DNA from: Methanomassiliicoccaceae archaeon
Lineage (GTDB): Archaea; Thermoplasmatota; Thermoplasmata; Methanomassiliicoccales; Methanomassiliicoccaceae
Direction: 5' to 3'
DNA: 64,000 nt
Assembly (NCBI GenBank): GCA_040776945.1
Contig: JAXGZN010000002.1
Coordinates: 192,001-256,000 of the forward strand
The notes under the pieces are model-generated. The model did no database searches, was not told the DNA's origin, and was given only the letters and a program-made list of their open reading frames with translations. A program made the translations under genes and the position numbers. Shown here one piece after another: positions 19,497-30,023 of the stretch; positions within the stretch are counted from its first letter, which is position 1; each line of letters opens with the position of its first letter.

Positions 19497-20555
19497 ATGG
19501 AAGTAGGAATAGTCAGCTACGGGGCCTACCTGCCCCGGTACAGGATAGCGCCGCAGGAGATCGGCCGGGTATGGGGGACGGACGGGGACGCGATGAGCCG
19601 CAACCTGCTGATCTTTTCCAAGTCGGTGCCCTCGCCGGACGAGGACGTCATCACGATTTCCATCGAGGCGGCCAGGAACATGATGCGCCGCTGCGATGTC
19701 GATCCCTGCGACATCGGCGCCATATACGTAGGTTCGGAATCGCATCCCTACGCGGTGAAGCCGACCGGGACGGTCGTGGCCGAGGCCATCGGGGCCTCTC
19801 CGAACCTTACCGTAGCTGATTACGAGTTCGCGTGCAAGGCCGGGACCGCGGCCATCCAGACGTGCATGGGGCTGGTAGGCTCGGGGATGATCGAATACGG
19901 CGTGGCCATCGGGGCGGACACCTCCCAGGGCGCACCTGGGGACGCCCTCGAGTACTCGGCGTCGGCGGGAGGCGCCGCATACCTCATAGGCTCGAAGAAC
20001 ATCGTGGCCCGCATCGATCGGACGTGCTCCTTCACCACCGACACCCCGGACTTCTGGAGGCGAGAGGGACAGTGCTATCCGTCGCATGGAGGGCGGTTCA
20101 CCGGCGAACCGGCGTACTTCAAGCATATCATGGCCGCCTCGCAGAGCCTAATGGAGAAGATGTCCTCGAAGCCAGCCGACTATGCGCACGCGGTGTTCCA
20201 CCAGCCCAACGGCAAGTTCCCGGTGAGGGTCGCCAAGCAGCTGGGTTTCAGCGAGAAGCAGATAGAGGCCGGGCTTCTGACGCCGTTCATAGGGAACACC
20301 TACTCCGGCGCGGTGCCCCTCGGCCTCGCGTCGGTTCTGGACATAGCGAAGCCAGGCGACCGCATCTTCGCCGTCGCCTACGGCTCCGGCGCGGGATCGG
20401 ACGCCTTCGACATCACCGTGACGAACGAGATCCTCGAACTGAGGAGGGACGCCGCGCCGACCGTGAAGGACCTGGTCGAGCACAAGAAGTTCCTCGACTA
20501 CGCCACCTACGCGAAGTTCCGAGGCAAGATAAGGATGAAGGGGGGAGCGGAATGA
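19497..20555 (+). CDS. mvaS: Hydroxymethylglutaryl-CoA synthase (archaeal)
   Basis: [24 protein letters not shown] and GNTYSG. Confidence 0.93.
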   Translation: MEVGIVSYGAYLPRYRIAPQEIGRVWGTDGDAMSRNLLIFSKSVPSPDEDVITISIEAARNMMRRCDVDPCDIGAIYVGSESHPYAVKPTGTVVAEAIGASPNLTVADYEFACKAGTAAIQTCMGLVGSGMIEYGVAIGADTSQGAPGDALEYSASAGGAAYLIGSKNIVARIDRTCSFTTDTPDFWRREGQCYPSHGGRFTGEPAYFKHIMAASQSLMEKMSSKPADYAHAVFHQPNGKFPVRVAKQLGFSEKQIEAGLLTPFIGNTYSGAVPLGLASVLDIAKPGDRIFAVAYGSGAGSDAFDITVTNEILELRRDAAPTVKDLVEHKKFLDYATYAKFRGKIRMKGGAE

Positions 20556-21721
20556 GAGAGGTAGCCATCATAGGCATCGGCGACACCAAGTTCGGCGAGC
20601 TGTGGGACATGTCCTTCCGTCAGCTGGGCATCCAGGCGGGCCTGGCGGCGGTCGCCGACGCGAACCTGACCAGCGAGGAGATCGACGCGCTGTACGTCGG
20701 GAACATGTCGGCCGGGAAGTACATCGAGCAGGAACATATCGGAGCGCTCATAGCCGACTACTCGGGAATGGCGAGGGACCACATACCGGCCACGAGGGTG
20801 GAGGCGGCAGGCGCCTCCGGGGGACTGGCGTTCCGCCAGGGCTACATCGCCGTGGCCTCCGGCATGCACGACATCGTGGTGGTCGGGGGAGCGGAGAAGA
20901 TGACCGACGTCGGCGATGTCCTGTCGGGAGAGATCCAGGCCACCGCGGCGGACCAGCAGTGGGAGACGACCTTCGGCGCCACCTTCCCGGCGCTGCACGC
21001 CATGATCGCCCGGCGGCACATGTTCAAGTACGGAACGACCAGGGAGCAGCTGGCCTCCGTGGCGGTGAAGAACCACAAGCACGGCTCCTTGAACCCCAAG
21101 GCCCAGTTCCAGAAGGAGATCAAGTTGGACGCGGTGATCAAGGCCGCCCCGGTGGCCGAGCCGCTGGGGATGTTCGACTGCGCTCCGGTGTCCGACGGCG
21201 CCGCCGCCGTGGTCCTTTGCCCGCTGGAGAGGGCAAGGAAGTACACCGATACGCCGGTTAAGGTCCTGGGCTCAGGGCAGGCATCGGACACGCTCGCTCT
21301 CGCACATCGCAAGAGCATAACCCAGTTCGACGCCACCTCCATCGCGGCGCGGCAGGCCTTCAAGCAGGCCGGGATCGCCGCATCGGACGTCCAGATCGCC
21401 GAGGTGCACGACAACTTCACCATCTCCGAGATCCTGGCCATCGAGGACCTGGGCTTCTTCCCCAAAGGGACCGGTGGAAAGGCAACGCAGGACGGGCTGA
21501 CCTCGCTGGGAGCGAAGCTGGCGGTCAACACCTCCGGCGGGCTCAAGGCCCGCGGCGATCCCATGGGGGCGACCGGCATCGCCCAGGTAGTGGAGCTGGT
21601 GACGCAGCTCAGGGGAGAGGCGGGTAAGCGACAGGTCTCCGGGGCGGAGAGGGCGCTCGCTCAGAACGTCGGAGGGACCGGGGCGACGGTCGTCGTCAAC
21701 ATATTGGGGAGGGTGAACTGA
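20552..21721 (+). CDS. Acetoacetyl-CoA thiolase family protein
   Basis: Thiolase fold motifs [18 protein letters not shown] and [10 protein letters not shown]; overlaps the HMGS stop. Confidence 0.88.
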   Translation: MREVAIIGIGDTKFGELWDMSFRQLGIQAGLAAVADANLTSEEIDALYVGNMSAGKYIEQEHIGALIADYSGMARDHIPATRVEAAGASGGLAFRQGYIAVASGMHDIVVVGGAEKMTDVGDVLSGEIQATAADQQWETTFGATFPALHAMIARRHMFKYGTTREQLASVAVKNHKHGSLNPKAQFQKEIKLDAVIKAAPVAEPLGMFDCAPVSDGAAAVVLCPLERARKYTDTPVKVLGSGQASDTLALAHRKSITQFDATSIAARQAFKQAGIAASDVQIAEVHDNFTISEILAIEDLGFFPKGTGGKATQDGLTSLGAKLAVNTSGGLKARGDPMGATGIAQVVELVTQLRGEAGKRQVSGAERALAQNVGGTGATVVVNILGRVN

Positions 21722-22149
21722 TGGCCGTGGCGAGGTTCTGGAGGGAGAACGAGCCAAGATACAATCTCACGGGGGCCAAGTGCGGCAACTGCGGTCGCCT
21801 CTATTTCCCGCCGAGGACGGTGTGCCCGGTCTGCCACCGCAAGAGCATTGGGAAGATGGGGCCGTTCAAGCTCCAGGGGACCGGAGAGGTGATAACCTTC
21901 TCGGTGGTCCATGATGCCCCGTCGCAGTTCGAGCTGCAGAAGCCATATGTCATCGCCATCATCCAGATGGATGAGGGCATCCGAGTGACCGGCCAGGTGA
22001 TCGATTGCGATCCGGCGGAGGTCAACATAGGCATGAAGGTGCAGGCGGTGATCAGGAGGCTCGGCGAAGAGGGGGCGTCAGGGATCATTTACTATGGGTA
22101 CAAGTTCATGCCTTTGACGCCTCCCGCGGCTCCCCGGCCTCCGGAGTGA
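21721..22149 (+). CDS. DUF35 Zn-ribbon/OB-fold scaffold protein
   Basis: CGNC...CPVC, OB fold, IxYGYKF end. Confidence 0.9.
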   Translation: MAVARFWRENEPRYNLTGAKCGNCGRLYFPPRTVCPVCHRKSIGKMGPFKLQGTGEVITFSVVHDAPSQFELQKPYVIAIIQMDEGIRVTGQVIDCDPAEVNIGMKVQAVIRRLGEEGASGIIYYGYKFMPLTPPAAPRPPE

Positions 22150-22234
22150 AACCCTTTTCCTTCTATATTATCTGTATATCATAGGGGCATAGGCGCTTGG
22201 ACGAGATGGACCACCTTCTCGTCCCCAAGATCCC

Positions 22235-25200
22235 TCAGGACGTGCCGTCCTTCGCCAGCTCTTTGACCATAGGGCGGGGCACGAACATCGCACGGAAGAC
22301 GACCGTCACTTTGTCCTCCGTGCCTGGTGACGGCAGCTGGGCCGTCCTCGATGGCCACAGGACAGGAGATATGCTCGCCCCCCTGCCGCTCAGCCCGCCC
22401 ACCATGACCGAGATCGCCGGCGCCGCCCCTTCGTTCACCAACGTGCCGCTTCGCAGCCGCAGGCTCGGCAGGCAGGATGAGTTCGAATTCTCCGCTTCAT
22501 CGACAGCCTGGCGAAGGTGCCGGACCGCCTGCGTCACACTGCCGGATGCCATAGCCTTTCTGTACTCCTCGATGCCCGCGTTTCCCATGCCCAGGGTCCG
22601 CGAGAGCGCCGCCTGCTCATGGTAACGGCGGGTGAGGTCTCGAAGGTCGAGAACCTCGGCCACGGTGGCCCCTACAGCCGCCTCGGCCTCCGCTAGTTGG
22701 TCCACGGCGGCCTCCAGCTTGTTCTCGGCCAGGGACCTCTGGGCCGTTCCCAGGATCGAGCGCGCCGCGCTGGTCTCGCCCCTGCCGCGCTCGACCCTGG
22801 ACCTTACCTGGGCCGCGCGATCTTCCAAGGCCTCTCTGACCCTAGAGCGGACCTGGGCAGTAATGTCGCGCAGGTTCCTTTCCTCCAGCAGCTCGGACAT
22901 CGGTCTGTCAAGGAGGCCTCTGGCATCGGCCGGGAGGTCATCGAGCGCGGGTCCCGCTCTGGACAGCAGCACGGCCGCGTTGACCAGATCGGCCACCGCT
23001 CGTCCGCTCGCTATCGAACTCTCGATGGCATGCAGCCTCCTAGCCCTCAGAAGGAGAGCGTCCATGCTCTCATACCTGCCGTTCGACAGGGCCTTACCGG
23101 CAGAGGCCAGCAGATCGGCCACCTCCGGCACCATGGCCTTGCGCCCCTCGCCCTCCAAGAGCGATGACCGAACCTCTTCCAGACGGGCCGCGGCCATCTC
23201 GTGGCGCTTCAGGCCGGAGTTGCCGGCGGAGCGGCATTCCTCGCTCAGGGCCAGCGCCTCTCGGAACGATCCGGACCCGAAGGCCTTCTGGGCCCGGGTC
23301 ATCAGCTCCTCAACATCCGCACGGTAGGGCGATGCGGGAAGGCGGACCATGCCCTCGGTCAGCTTGGACAGCGAGGAGACGCAGGCGTTCCTGATATCGC
23401 TCAGCTCTTCGAGGTTCTCGCGGTAAAGGTCAAGCCCCTTCTTGGCACTGCTGTAGCGATGGGCCTTAAGGTCATCCAGCAACGCGTCACGAGCGGCCTT
23501 GGGGCCGCCGGAGAGGTCCTTGCCCTTGAGGTCTTGGGCGCCCAGCTCCCGCTCGATGCGCGAAAGCTCGGATCGGATGCTCTCCCCGGCCTTGGCCCGA
23601 GCCCCGTGAAGCGCGTTCCTGGCGATCTCCGCCACGAGGTTGCAGCGGCCTCCCACGCGATGCTTCCTCGCCTGCTCCAATATCTCCCTGGCCTCCCCGA
23701 CGTCGACGCCGATGGCCTCGATGGCCGCTATGCCGGCCGCCGCGGCGCCCAGCTCCCTGCTCGCTGAGTTACGGGCCGCGATATACTGGCTCGCTTCTCT
23801 CCGGGCGAACCTGGCGGCCTGGAGCGCGTCGGAGTGCCGCTGGTCCGCGAGCATGTTCTCCGCCTTCTCCACGATGTCCATCACCATGCCTTCCGCGCCT
23901 CCCCCGCCGTTCCCATGCAGCATGCCTCGCACCTGCGCTATCTCGGAACGAATGCGCTCATTGGCCAGGTCCACTAGCTTTCGGCGCTCTTCCTTTGCCG
24001 CGGACAGCGCCGATGCCGCCTCGCCCTTCCGCAGACTTGCCGCAGCCGCCTCCAGCACCGCCTCGTTAGGTGCACTGTCGACCCCCAGCTGCCTCATCAC
24101 CGGAAGCATGCCTCTCGCTTCCTCCAGCGCGCGGGGTGCGAGCAGAGCCGCCCCGACCGCTTCCACCTCCCGATAGCAGGCGCGGGCGGAGGTCCTGGCC
24201 CCATCATAGAGGCCGGCCTCGAACAGCCTCTTGGTCTCCTTCAGCTGCTGGGCAACCTTGCCGTCGGCTGGCAGGCGAAGTTCCCCGGACAAGCGCGATA
24301 GCAGCACGATGAGGTCGTACACCTCGCTGTGCAGGGCAGCGGTCTTCTCCAGTTCCCTCTTTGCCCCGCTGTAAGCGATGTATCCTCTCTCCAGATCATC
24401 GTCCATCAGGGCGCGGGACGACTCCTCGGTCAGCCTGTCGACATGGGAGGTGGAAACACCTTTCTTGCGGGCCGCCGCGGAAGCACGGACCACATGGGCC
24501 AAGGATCGGGACATCTCATCACGGGCCAGGGACTTGGCGAACATGATGACCTCATCCACCCGGCGGAACGCCTCGTCCACGGTGGAGCGGTCCTGGTCTA
24601 TCTCCGCCATCTTCTCGTTCAACGTCTGCGACTCGATGCCGACCTCTCGGCATATGTTCAGCAGCGTCCGGGCCTGCGCCTTTCGGGCCTCCAGGCACGC
24701 CTCTCTTGCCCTCTCCACCTCGTCCATCACTCCCTCGGCCAGAGAGTGTGCGCCGTACCAGTCCTTCTTCTCCAGTAGCTCTTGGGCGCGCCGCCTCATG
24801 TCCAGCGCCTTGGCCAGATCGGTCCCCGGGGGAACGGAGTCCAAGGCCTTGGCGGCCTTCCGGAACTCGGCCCAGGTGCCAGCGATCAGCGCCGCCTCAA
24901 GCTCCAGGTTCAGCGTGGCCAGCCTCGATGATATGCTATCCAGCACGCCCTCCTTGAGGTCCTCTACAAGGTCGTCCAGCTCCTCGGCCTTCTCCTCCAC
25001 CTCTGCCCCGATGGATATTCCCGCGGAGACCATAAGCTGGCCGTTGAACACCTGTCTGGCGCACCGCTCCTGGACGATGCGGACCATCAGCCTCCTCGCC
25101 TTGGCCAAGGTATCGAAGCTATCCCCGAGCCTGCCGGCCAGGGCATCCTCACGGGCCTTGGCGACCAGGCGGCTGGCCTCGGAGGAGACCACGCGCATGC

Positions 25201-26452
25201 GTCTTGCCTGGAGGAAGGCCTTTCGGGTCTCATTGAGCTCCCTCTCCACCCGGCGGAAGGGAGCGAGGGCGTCGTCCAGCTCGGCCGATGCGTCATCGAC
25301 CATCTCGACGGCCTCTCTCGCCCGGCCGTAGACCGTTGCCGTTCGGGCCTCCTCTAGCCTGGACACCACCCGCTCCAGATCGAGGGAGGCACGCTTCGCT
25401 AGCACCATGCGGGGCCGGAGACCCTCTATTCGCTCGAGGACCACCTCCATCTCGCTCTCCCGCAGTGATTTCTCAGTTCGCCTGAGAAGCTCCAGCGCCT
25501 CCTCGCTGTCCCCGCCGGCGTTCGCCTCGGAGACCTTCTTGATGGCCGGGGCGAACCTCGCCACGTTCACTCCGTTCTTTTGGAGCCATGCGTTCCTCTC
25601 CTCCTGGGCCGCCACCAGGGCATTGACCGCCTCAGCGAGGATCGGACGAAGGGCCTCCTGCGCCTGGACCAGTGTGCGAAGGGCCTCCTCGATCTTGCCG
25701 CGCCCCATCTGGTCCCTGCTGGCGTCCACCAGGACGGTGACGGCGGACATGTCCGCTCCCGGGGCCCCGCTCTCCACCAGCTCCATTATGGATCCCGCCC
25801 GGGCCTCGACTATCTTGGAGAACGCCTCCTGCAGGCTCTTGAAGCAGCTTACCGCCTTGGACAGGGAGCCTTCGCGGTCGCCCTCCTCGTGAAGCTTGAT
25901 GGCCCTGTTCAGAGCCTGTCTGCGAGCCGCCACCGCGATCTTCTCTTTCTCTCCCAGCGCGATAAGGTTGCCGAGCTGCACGAACATCTCGGACATCCGG
26001 CGGTCCGCGTACTGCTCCGCGGCCTTCTTGGACTCGACGGCCGCGCTCATGGCCTCCTCCATGCGGCCTTCTCCGAGCTTCTGCCGGGAGCGTTCCACAA
26101 GCACCTCTATGGCCTGGTGGTCCTCGCCCTGGTCATCGATCATCGCGGCCACTCCATGGGCGGAGGACAGAACCTCCTCCACCTTTCCGGCCAACAGCTT
26201 GCTGGCCGTGCCGATGACCTTCTCGGCGGAGCTCTTTGCCGCGACGAAGTCACGCCTGCCGAAGGCCGCCCTTCCCGAAGAGAGCTCCTTTTCCAAGGCC
26301 TCGGTTTCGGCCCCCATTCTGCGGGACAGCTCGACCGCCTGCGCCGCCTCGACTAGCTTGTCCTCTGCCAGCTTGCGGTTCCTGGCGGCCTCTTTGGCCT
26401 TCTGTTCTAGCTGCTTGGTGAGCTGAAGCTGTTTTAGGTATTCGCTGCTCAA
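22235..26452 (-). CDS. Giant alpha-helical repeat protein (1405 aa)
   Basis: Long ORF rich in A/E/R/L with a recurring G-x-D...LL..A..A...G.Y..A unit; no TM segment seen. Confidence 0.8.
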   Translation of the reverse strand: MSSEYLKQLQLTKQLEQKAKEAARNRKLAEDKLVEAAQAVELSRRMGAETEALEKELSSGRAAFGRRDFVAAKSSAEKVIGTASKLLAGKVEEVLSSAHGVAAMIDDQGEDHQAIEVLVERSRQKLGEGRMEEAMSAAVESKKAAEQYADRRMSEMFVQLGNLIALGEKEKIAVAARRQALNRAIKLHEEGDREGSLSKAVSCFKSLQEAFSKIVEARAGSIMELVESGAPGADMSAVTVLVDASRDQMGRGKIEEALRTLVQAQEALRPILAEAVNALVAAQEERNAWLQKNGVNVARFAPAIKKVSEANAGGDSEEALELLRRTEKSLRESEMEVVLERIEGLRPRMVLAKRASLDLERVVSRLEEARTATVYGRAREAVEMVDDASAELDDALAPFRRVERELNETRKAFLQARRMRVVSSEASRLVAKAREDALAGRLGDSFDTLAKARRLMVRIVQERCARQVFNGQLMVSAGISIGAEVEEKAEELDDLVEDLKEGVLDSISSRLATLNLELEAALIAGTWAEFRKAAKALDSVPPGTDLAKALDMRRRAQELLEKKDWYGAHSLAEGVMDEVERAREACLEARKAQARTLLNICREVGIESQTLNEKMAEIDQDRSTVDEAFRRVDEVIMFAKSLARDEMSRSLAHVVRASAAARKKGVSTSHVDRLTEESSRALMDDDLERGYIAYSGAKRELEKTAALHSEVYDLIVLLSRLSGELRLPADGKVAQQLKETKRLFEAGLYDGARTSARACYREVEAVGAALLAPRALEEARGMLPVMRQLGVDSAPNEAVLEAAAASLRKGEAASALSAAKEERRKLVDLANERIRSEIAQVRGMLHGNGGGGAEGMVMDIVEKAENMLADQRHSDALQAARFARREASQYIAARNSASRELGAAAAGIAAIEAIGVDVGEAREILEQARKHRVGGRCNLVAEIARNALHGARAKAGESIRSELSRIERELGAQDLKGKDLSGGPKAARDALLDDLKAHRYSSAKKGLDLYRENLEELSDIRNACVSSLSKLTEGMVRLPASPYRADVEELMTRAQKAFGSGSFREALALSEECRSAGNSGLKRHEMAAARLEEVRSSLLEGEGRKAMVPEVADLLASAGKALSNGRYESMDALLLRARRLHAIESSIASGRAVADLVNAAVLLSRAGPALDDLPADARGLLDRPMSELLEERNLRDITAQVRSRVREALEDRAAQVRSRVERGRGETSAARSILGTAQRSLAENKLEAAVDQLAEAEAAVGATVAEVLDLRDLTRRYHEQAALSRTLGMGNAGIEEYRKAMASGSVTQAVRHLRQAVDEAENSNSSCLPSLRLRSGTLVNEGAAPAISVMVGGLSGRGASISPVLWPSRTAQLPSPGTEDKVTVVFRAMFVPRPMVKELAKDGTS

Positions 26453-26540
26453 TCCTGGTCCCCGCTGGTCGACGGCGTGCGCCGTCTGTTGCCATTTGCC
26501 CGTCGATTCTTAAGCGTTTGGTCCTGAGAATCGGTCTGGA

Positions 26541-27029
26541 TTATTTAGAGAGGTCCACAAAGGCCACCCGCTCCAGGACAAGCTCCTGATACTTGTCATG
26601 GGTCACCGCACGAAGCTCCTGCTCGGTGATGCCGAACCGTCTGGCCTTCTCCAACGAAGGCTCCAGGACAGCATCGTCCCTCCTCAGCTCGAGAGCGCAC
26701 AGAACGGCCCCCACGTCCTCCACATCGAACAGCACCAGCGCCACCCGCTCCGCCCCCGGGCGGAGGCCTACCTTTTTCATCGCCTTTGTTATCTGGCGTT
26801 CCCCTGAGGCGTAGAGCAAGGTCTCCATGGCGAGCGTGGAGGAAGCATTGTCTCCCCGTCCGAAGGCCCGAAGGGCGTGCATGGCCGCCGAGCGCAGATG
26901 GTCAGCTCCGCATACCATGTCCGCGTCCAGCACCGCACCCTCCCCTCCATCCAAGGAGCGCAGCGCATCGATCAGGCTCTCCGGCTTGGCCACCGGTCCC
27001 CTGGCCCCCACGATCTCCACCTTGACCAT
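26541..27029 (-). CDS. cgi121: KEOPS complex subunit Cgi121
   Basis: DADMVCGADHL and ETLLYASGERQITKA. Confidence 0.88.
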   Translation of the reverse strand: MVKVEIVGARGPVAKPESLIDALRSLDGGEGAVLDADMVCGADHLRSAAMHALRAFGRGDNASSTLAMETLLYASGERQITKAMKKVGLRPGAERVALVLFDVEDVGAVLCALELRRDDAVLEPSLEKARRFGITEQELRAVTHDKYQELVLERVAFVDLSK

Positions 27030-27172
27030 CCTCGCGTGGATTCCTGCCCGGAGATATGATGTTTGCGTTCTCCGCTCTGGACGACCGGGGCTCGCAGGCA
27101 GGTCAGAAATGTTCTAATATAGTGGCCCCGATGGCACGAAGGCGGCGTCCAGCGGGCGCCGCGACGGATGGA

Positions 27173-28108
27173 ATGGTCATGGACAAGGTGGCGGTGAGGT
27201 CCCCGGCGACCCTTTCGAACCTAGGCTCGGGATTCGACGTCTTCGGCCTGGCTCTCCGGGAGCCATACGACGTGGTGGAAGCGAGGAGGATATCAGACCG
27301 CAAGGTCGTTATCGAGGACATCGAAGGTCCGGGAGCGTCGAGCATCACCACCGACCCTACAAGGAACTCCGCCGGCATCGCCGCCCGAGCGGTCCTGGAG
27401 CTCGCCGGTGCCGGGTTCGGGGTGGCACTGAGGATAAAGAAGGGCATCAGGCCCTGCTCCGGCATAGGTTCCTCGGGAGCGTCCGCGGCGGGAGGCGCGT
27501 GCGCCGCGAACCTTCTACTGGACAGACCCCTGCGCTCCGAGGAGCTCGTGGTGTGCGCAGCCAGGGCCGAGCAGGCAACCTCCGGCAGCTTCCACGCTGA
27601 CAATGTCGGACCGGCGGTGCTCGGAGGGTTCACGGTCATCCGCTCCTACGAGCCGTTCGAGATCCACCGCATGGACCCCCCGGTCGAGCTGGGCGTGGTG
27701 GTCACCATGCCGGACTTCCTGGTGAACACGCGGGAGGCGCGGAACGTGCTGCCTTCCAGCGTGCCTCTTAAGAGCATGATATTCGAGGTCGGCAACGCTG
27801 CCTCGCTGGTGCTCGGAATGGCCCGCGGGGACATCGCGCTGGTCGGCCGGAGCATGTCCGACCAGGTGATCGAGCCGGCACGAGCGCCTCTCAACCCCGG
27901 CCTCAGAGAGGCGGAGGCTGCCGCGCTGGGGGCGGGCGCTGCCGGGTCGTTCCTCGGTGGTTCCGGCCCGTGCGTCATCGCTGTCTACGACCGGAAGAGG
28001 GCCGATGGAGAGGCGATAGCGGAGGCAGTGAGGAACGTATACGCCGCGAACGGCGTGGACAGCGATACCTGGGTCACTACATGGGGCGAGGGATGCAGGA
28101 GGATATGA
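27173..28108 (+). CDS. thrB: Homoserine kinase
   Basis: PATLSNLGSGFD, GIGSSGA, HADN and GSGP. Confidence 0.92.
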   Translation: MVMDKVAVRSPATLSNLGSGFDVFGLALREPYDVVEARRISDRKVVIEDIEGPGASSITTDPTRNSAGIAARAVLELAGAGFGVALRIKKGIRPCSGIGSSGASAAGGACAANLLLDRPLRSEELVVCAARAEQATSGSFHADNVGPAVLGGFTVIRSYEPFEIHRMDPPVELGVVVTMPDFLVNTREARNVLPSSVPLKSMIFEVGNAASLVLGMARGDIALVGRSMSDQVIEPARAPLNPGLREAEAAALGAGAAGSFLGGSGPCVIAVYDRKRADGEAIAEAVRNVYAANGVDSDTWVTTWGEGCRRI

Positions 28109-28109
28109 G

Positions 28110-29318
28110 ATGCACAGGGTGAAGTGCTTTGAATGCGGCGGCGTGGTCGAAGACCCCTACGTCGACACCTGCCCTAGATGCGGCGGCCTCCTCATCGTCG
28201 AGGTGGACATGGACGAGGCCTCAGGTCTGCGTCCGTATGACCTCCGCAAGCGGCCGCTGGGAGTGTGGCGCTACGCGCCGTTCCTGCCAGTGGACGCCTC
28301 TAAGGCCGTGACCCTTCAGGAGGGGGGCACCCCCCTGTATGACTGCTCGAGCCTACGAGCGAAACTGGGCGTAAAAAAGGTACACGTCAAGTACGAAGGA
28401 GCGAACCCCACTGGATCGTTCAAGGACCGCGGCATGACCGTCGGCGTCACCCGAGCGGTGGAGCTGGGCTGCCGCACTGTGGGCTGCGCATCGACGGGGA
28501 ACACCTCGGCCTCGCTGTCGGCGTACGCGGCGAAGGCTGGACTGACGTGCATAGTGCTGCTGCCCTCCGGGAAGGTGGCCGCCGGCAAGCTGGCCCAGGC
28601 CATGTTCTACGGCGCCAAGGTGGTCATGGTGGACGGCAACTTCGATGACGCGCTCCGCGTCACCAGGGAGCTGGCCAGAGAAGGCGTGCTGTACCTGCTA
28701 AACTCCATCAACCCCTTCCGCCCGGAGGGGCAGAAGACCGTGGCCTTCGAGATAATGGACCAGTTGGACCTAGACCTGCCGGACCGCATCATCCTTCCGG
28801 TCGGCAACGCGGGCAACATCAGCGCCGTGCACAAGGCGTTCCAGGAATGGAAGGCGATGGGCTGGATCGACCGCATCCCCATGCTCACGGGCATCCAAGC
28901 CGCCGGCAGCGCGCCCATCGTCAGGGCATTCCGCGCCGGCTCCCGCGACTTCGTGCCGGAGGCGAGCCCGGAGACGGTGGCCACGGCCATACGCATCGGG
29001 AACCCGGTCAGCGGAAGGAAGGCACTGAAGGCCATCTACGACACCGGCGGGTATGCCACGGACGTCACGGACCAGCAGATACTCGACGCCCAGAAGCTCC
29101 TCGGCCGCACTGAGGGCATCGGCGTGGAGCCGGCGTCCGCGGCATCCGTCGCCGGGCTCATCAAGCTGGTGGACGAGGGCGTGGTCTCCAGGGACGAGAA
29201 GGTGGTATGCATCTGCACCGGCAACGTGCTCAAGGACCCCGACACGGTGATGCGCTCCTGCGCCGAGGTCTTGAAGGCCAATCCTACCGCAGAGGACGTG
29301 AGGCGGGTCATCGCCTAA
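28110..29318 (+). CDS. thrC: Threonine synthase
   Basis: NPTGSFKDRG, CASTGNTS, PVGNAGN and EPASAA. Confidence 0.95.
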   Translation: MHRVKCFECGGVVEDPYVDTCPRCGGLLIVEVDMDEASGLRPYDLRKRPLGVWRYAPFLPVDASKAVTLQEGGTPLYDCSSLRAKLGVKKVHVKYEGANPTGSFKDRGMTVGVTRAVELGCRTVGCASTGNTSASLSAYAAKAGLTCIVLLPSGKVAAGKLAQAMFYGAKVVMVDGNFDDALRVTRELAREGVLYLLNSINPFRPEGQKTVAFEIMDQLDLDLPDRIILPVGNAGNISAVHKAFQEWKAMGWIDRIPMLTGIQAAGSAPIVRAFRAGSRDFVPEASPETVATAIRIGNPVSGRKALKAIYDTGGYATDVTDQQILDAQKLLGRTEGIGVEPASAASVAGLIKLVDEGVVSRDEKVVCICTGNVLKDPDTVMRSCAEVLKANPTAEDVRRVIA

Positions 29319-29935
29319 CTGCTCGTCGATCGGTGACAATGCGTTCGGATCATAAAGGGGGCGGTCATCTTAGCGCCTTACGTTACCGGACCTTCTAGAT
29401 TTCCGTTCCTCAGATCCCTAGGGGCCGAAATAGTTCGATCCACATCTGTTCAGGCAGGTGCTCGACGCCGCGCATTCACCTTTCTCCTATGGCGCCTCTT
29501 GCCTCCTCCATTTTTCGACCGATGCAACCCCAGATAGAGGAGAGCATGAAGACGACGTGTCCGTGTCCATTACCGAAAGCGTCGGACCATCGACGTTGAG
29601 AACGTTCTCTCCGCTGCGGTCTCAAAGACGGATACGGTCCAGGTCCAAGGCATTGCAGATCGATGAGCATGCATCATAAAGGCCGCAGGACCTTTTTGCG
29701 GGGACCAACGAGAGATCATTGGAACAGGGGGGTCTCGTTGAGACCAGGGCAACGGCACCGCTCAATATTGGAAACGCTCCCGGTCCTGCGGAGGGAAGCG
29801 ATCTCCCTCAGCGATAGATCGTTCGGCAAGCGCATCGCTCAAGAACCAAGGCCATAATAACGGCCAACGGGAACCTTAACCTCACGGGACATGGCACCGG
29901 GCCGACACGTGTTCAAGCCCTTCCCACCTTTCTCA

Positions 29936-29979
29936 GTAGCACGAAATAATAAATCGTAATAAGATTGATATCTTATCAA
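29936..29979. promoter_or_regulatory. AT-rich promoter region with overlapping palindromes
   Basis: ATAAGAT-N4-ATCTTAT and TTGATA-N3-TATCAA; GTAGCAC-N13-GTAATAA immediately upstream. Confidence 0.45.
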
Positions 29980-30023
29980 GCGATAGTAGTGTCAACTCCC
30001 GAGCGGAGGATTGGATAAGAGGA

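Noticed and set aside
19832-20551. Apparent long N-terminal extension of the thiolase
   Set aside because: Alternative frame of HMGS; the real start is the ATG at 20552
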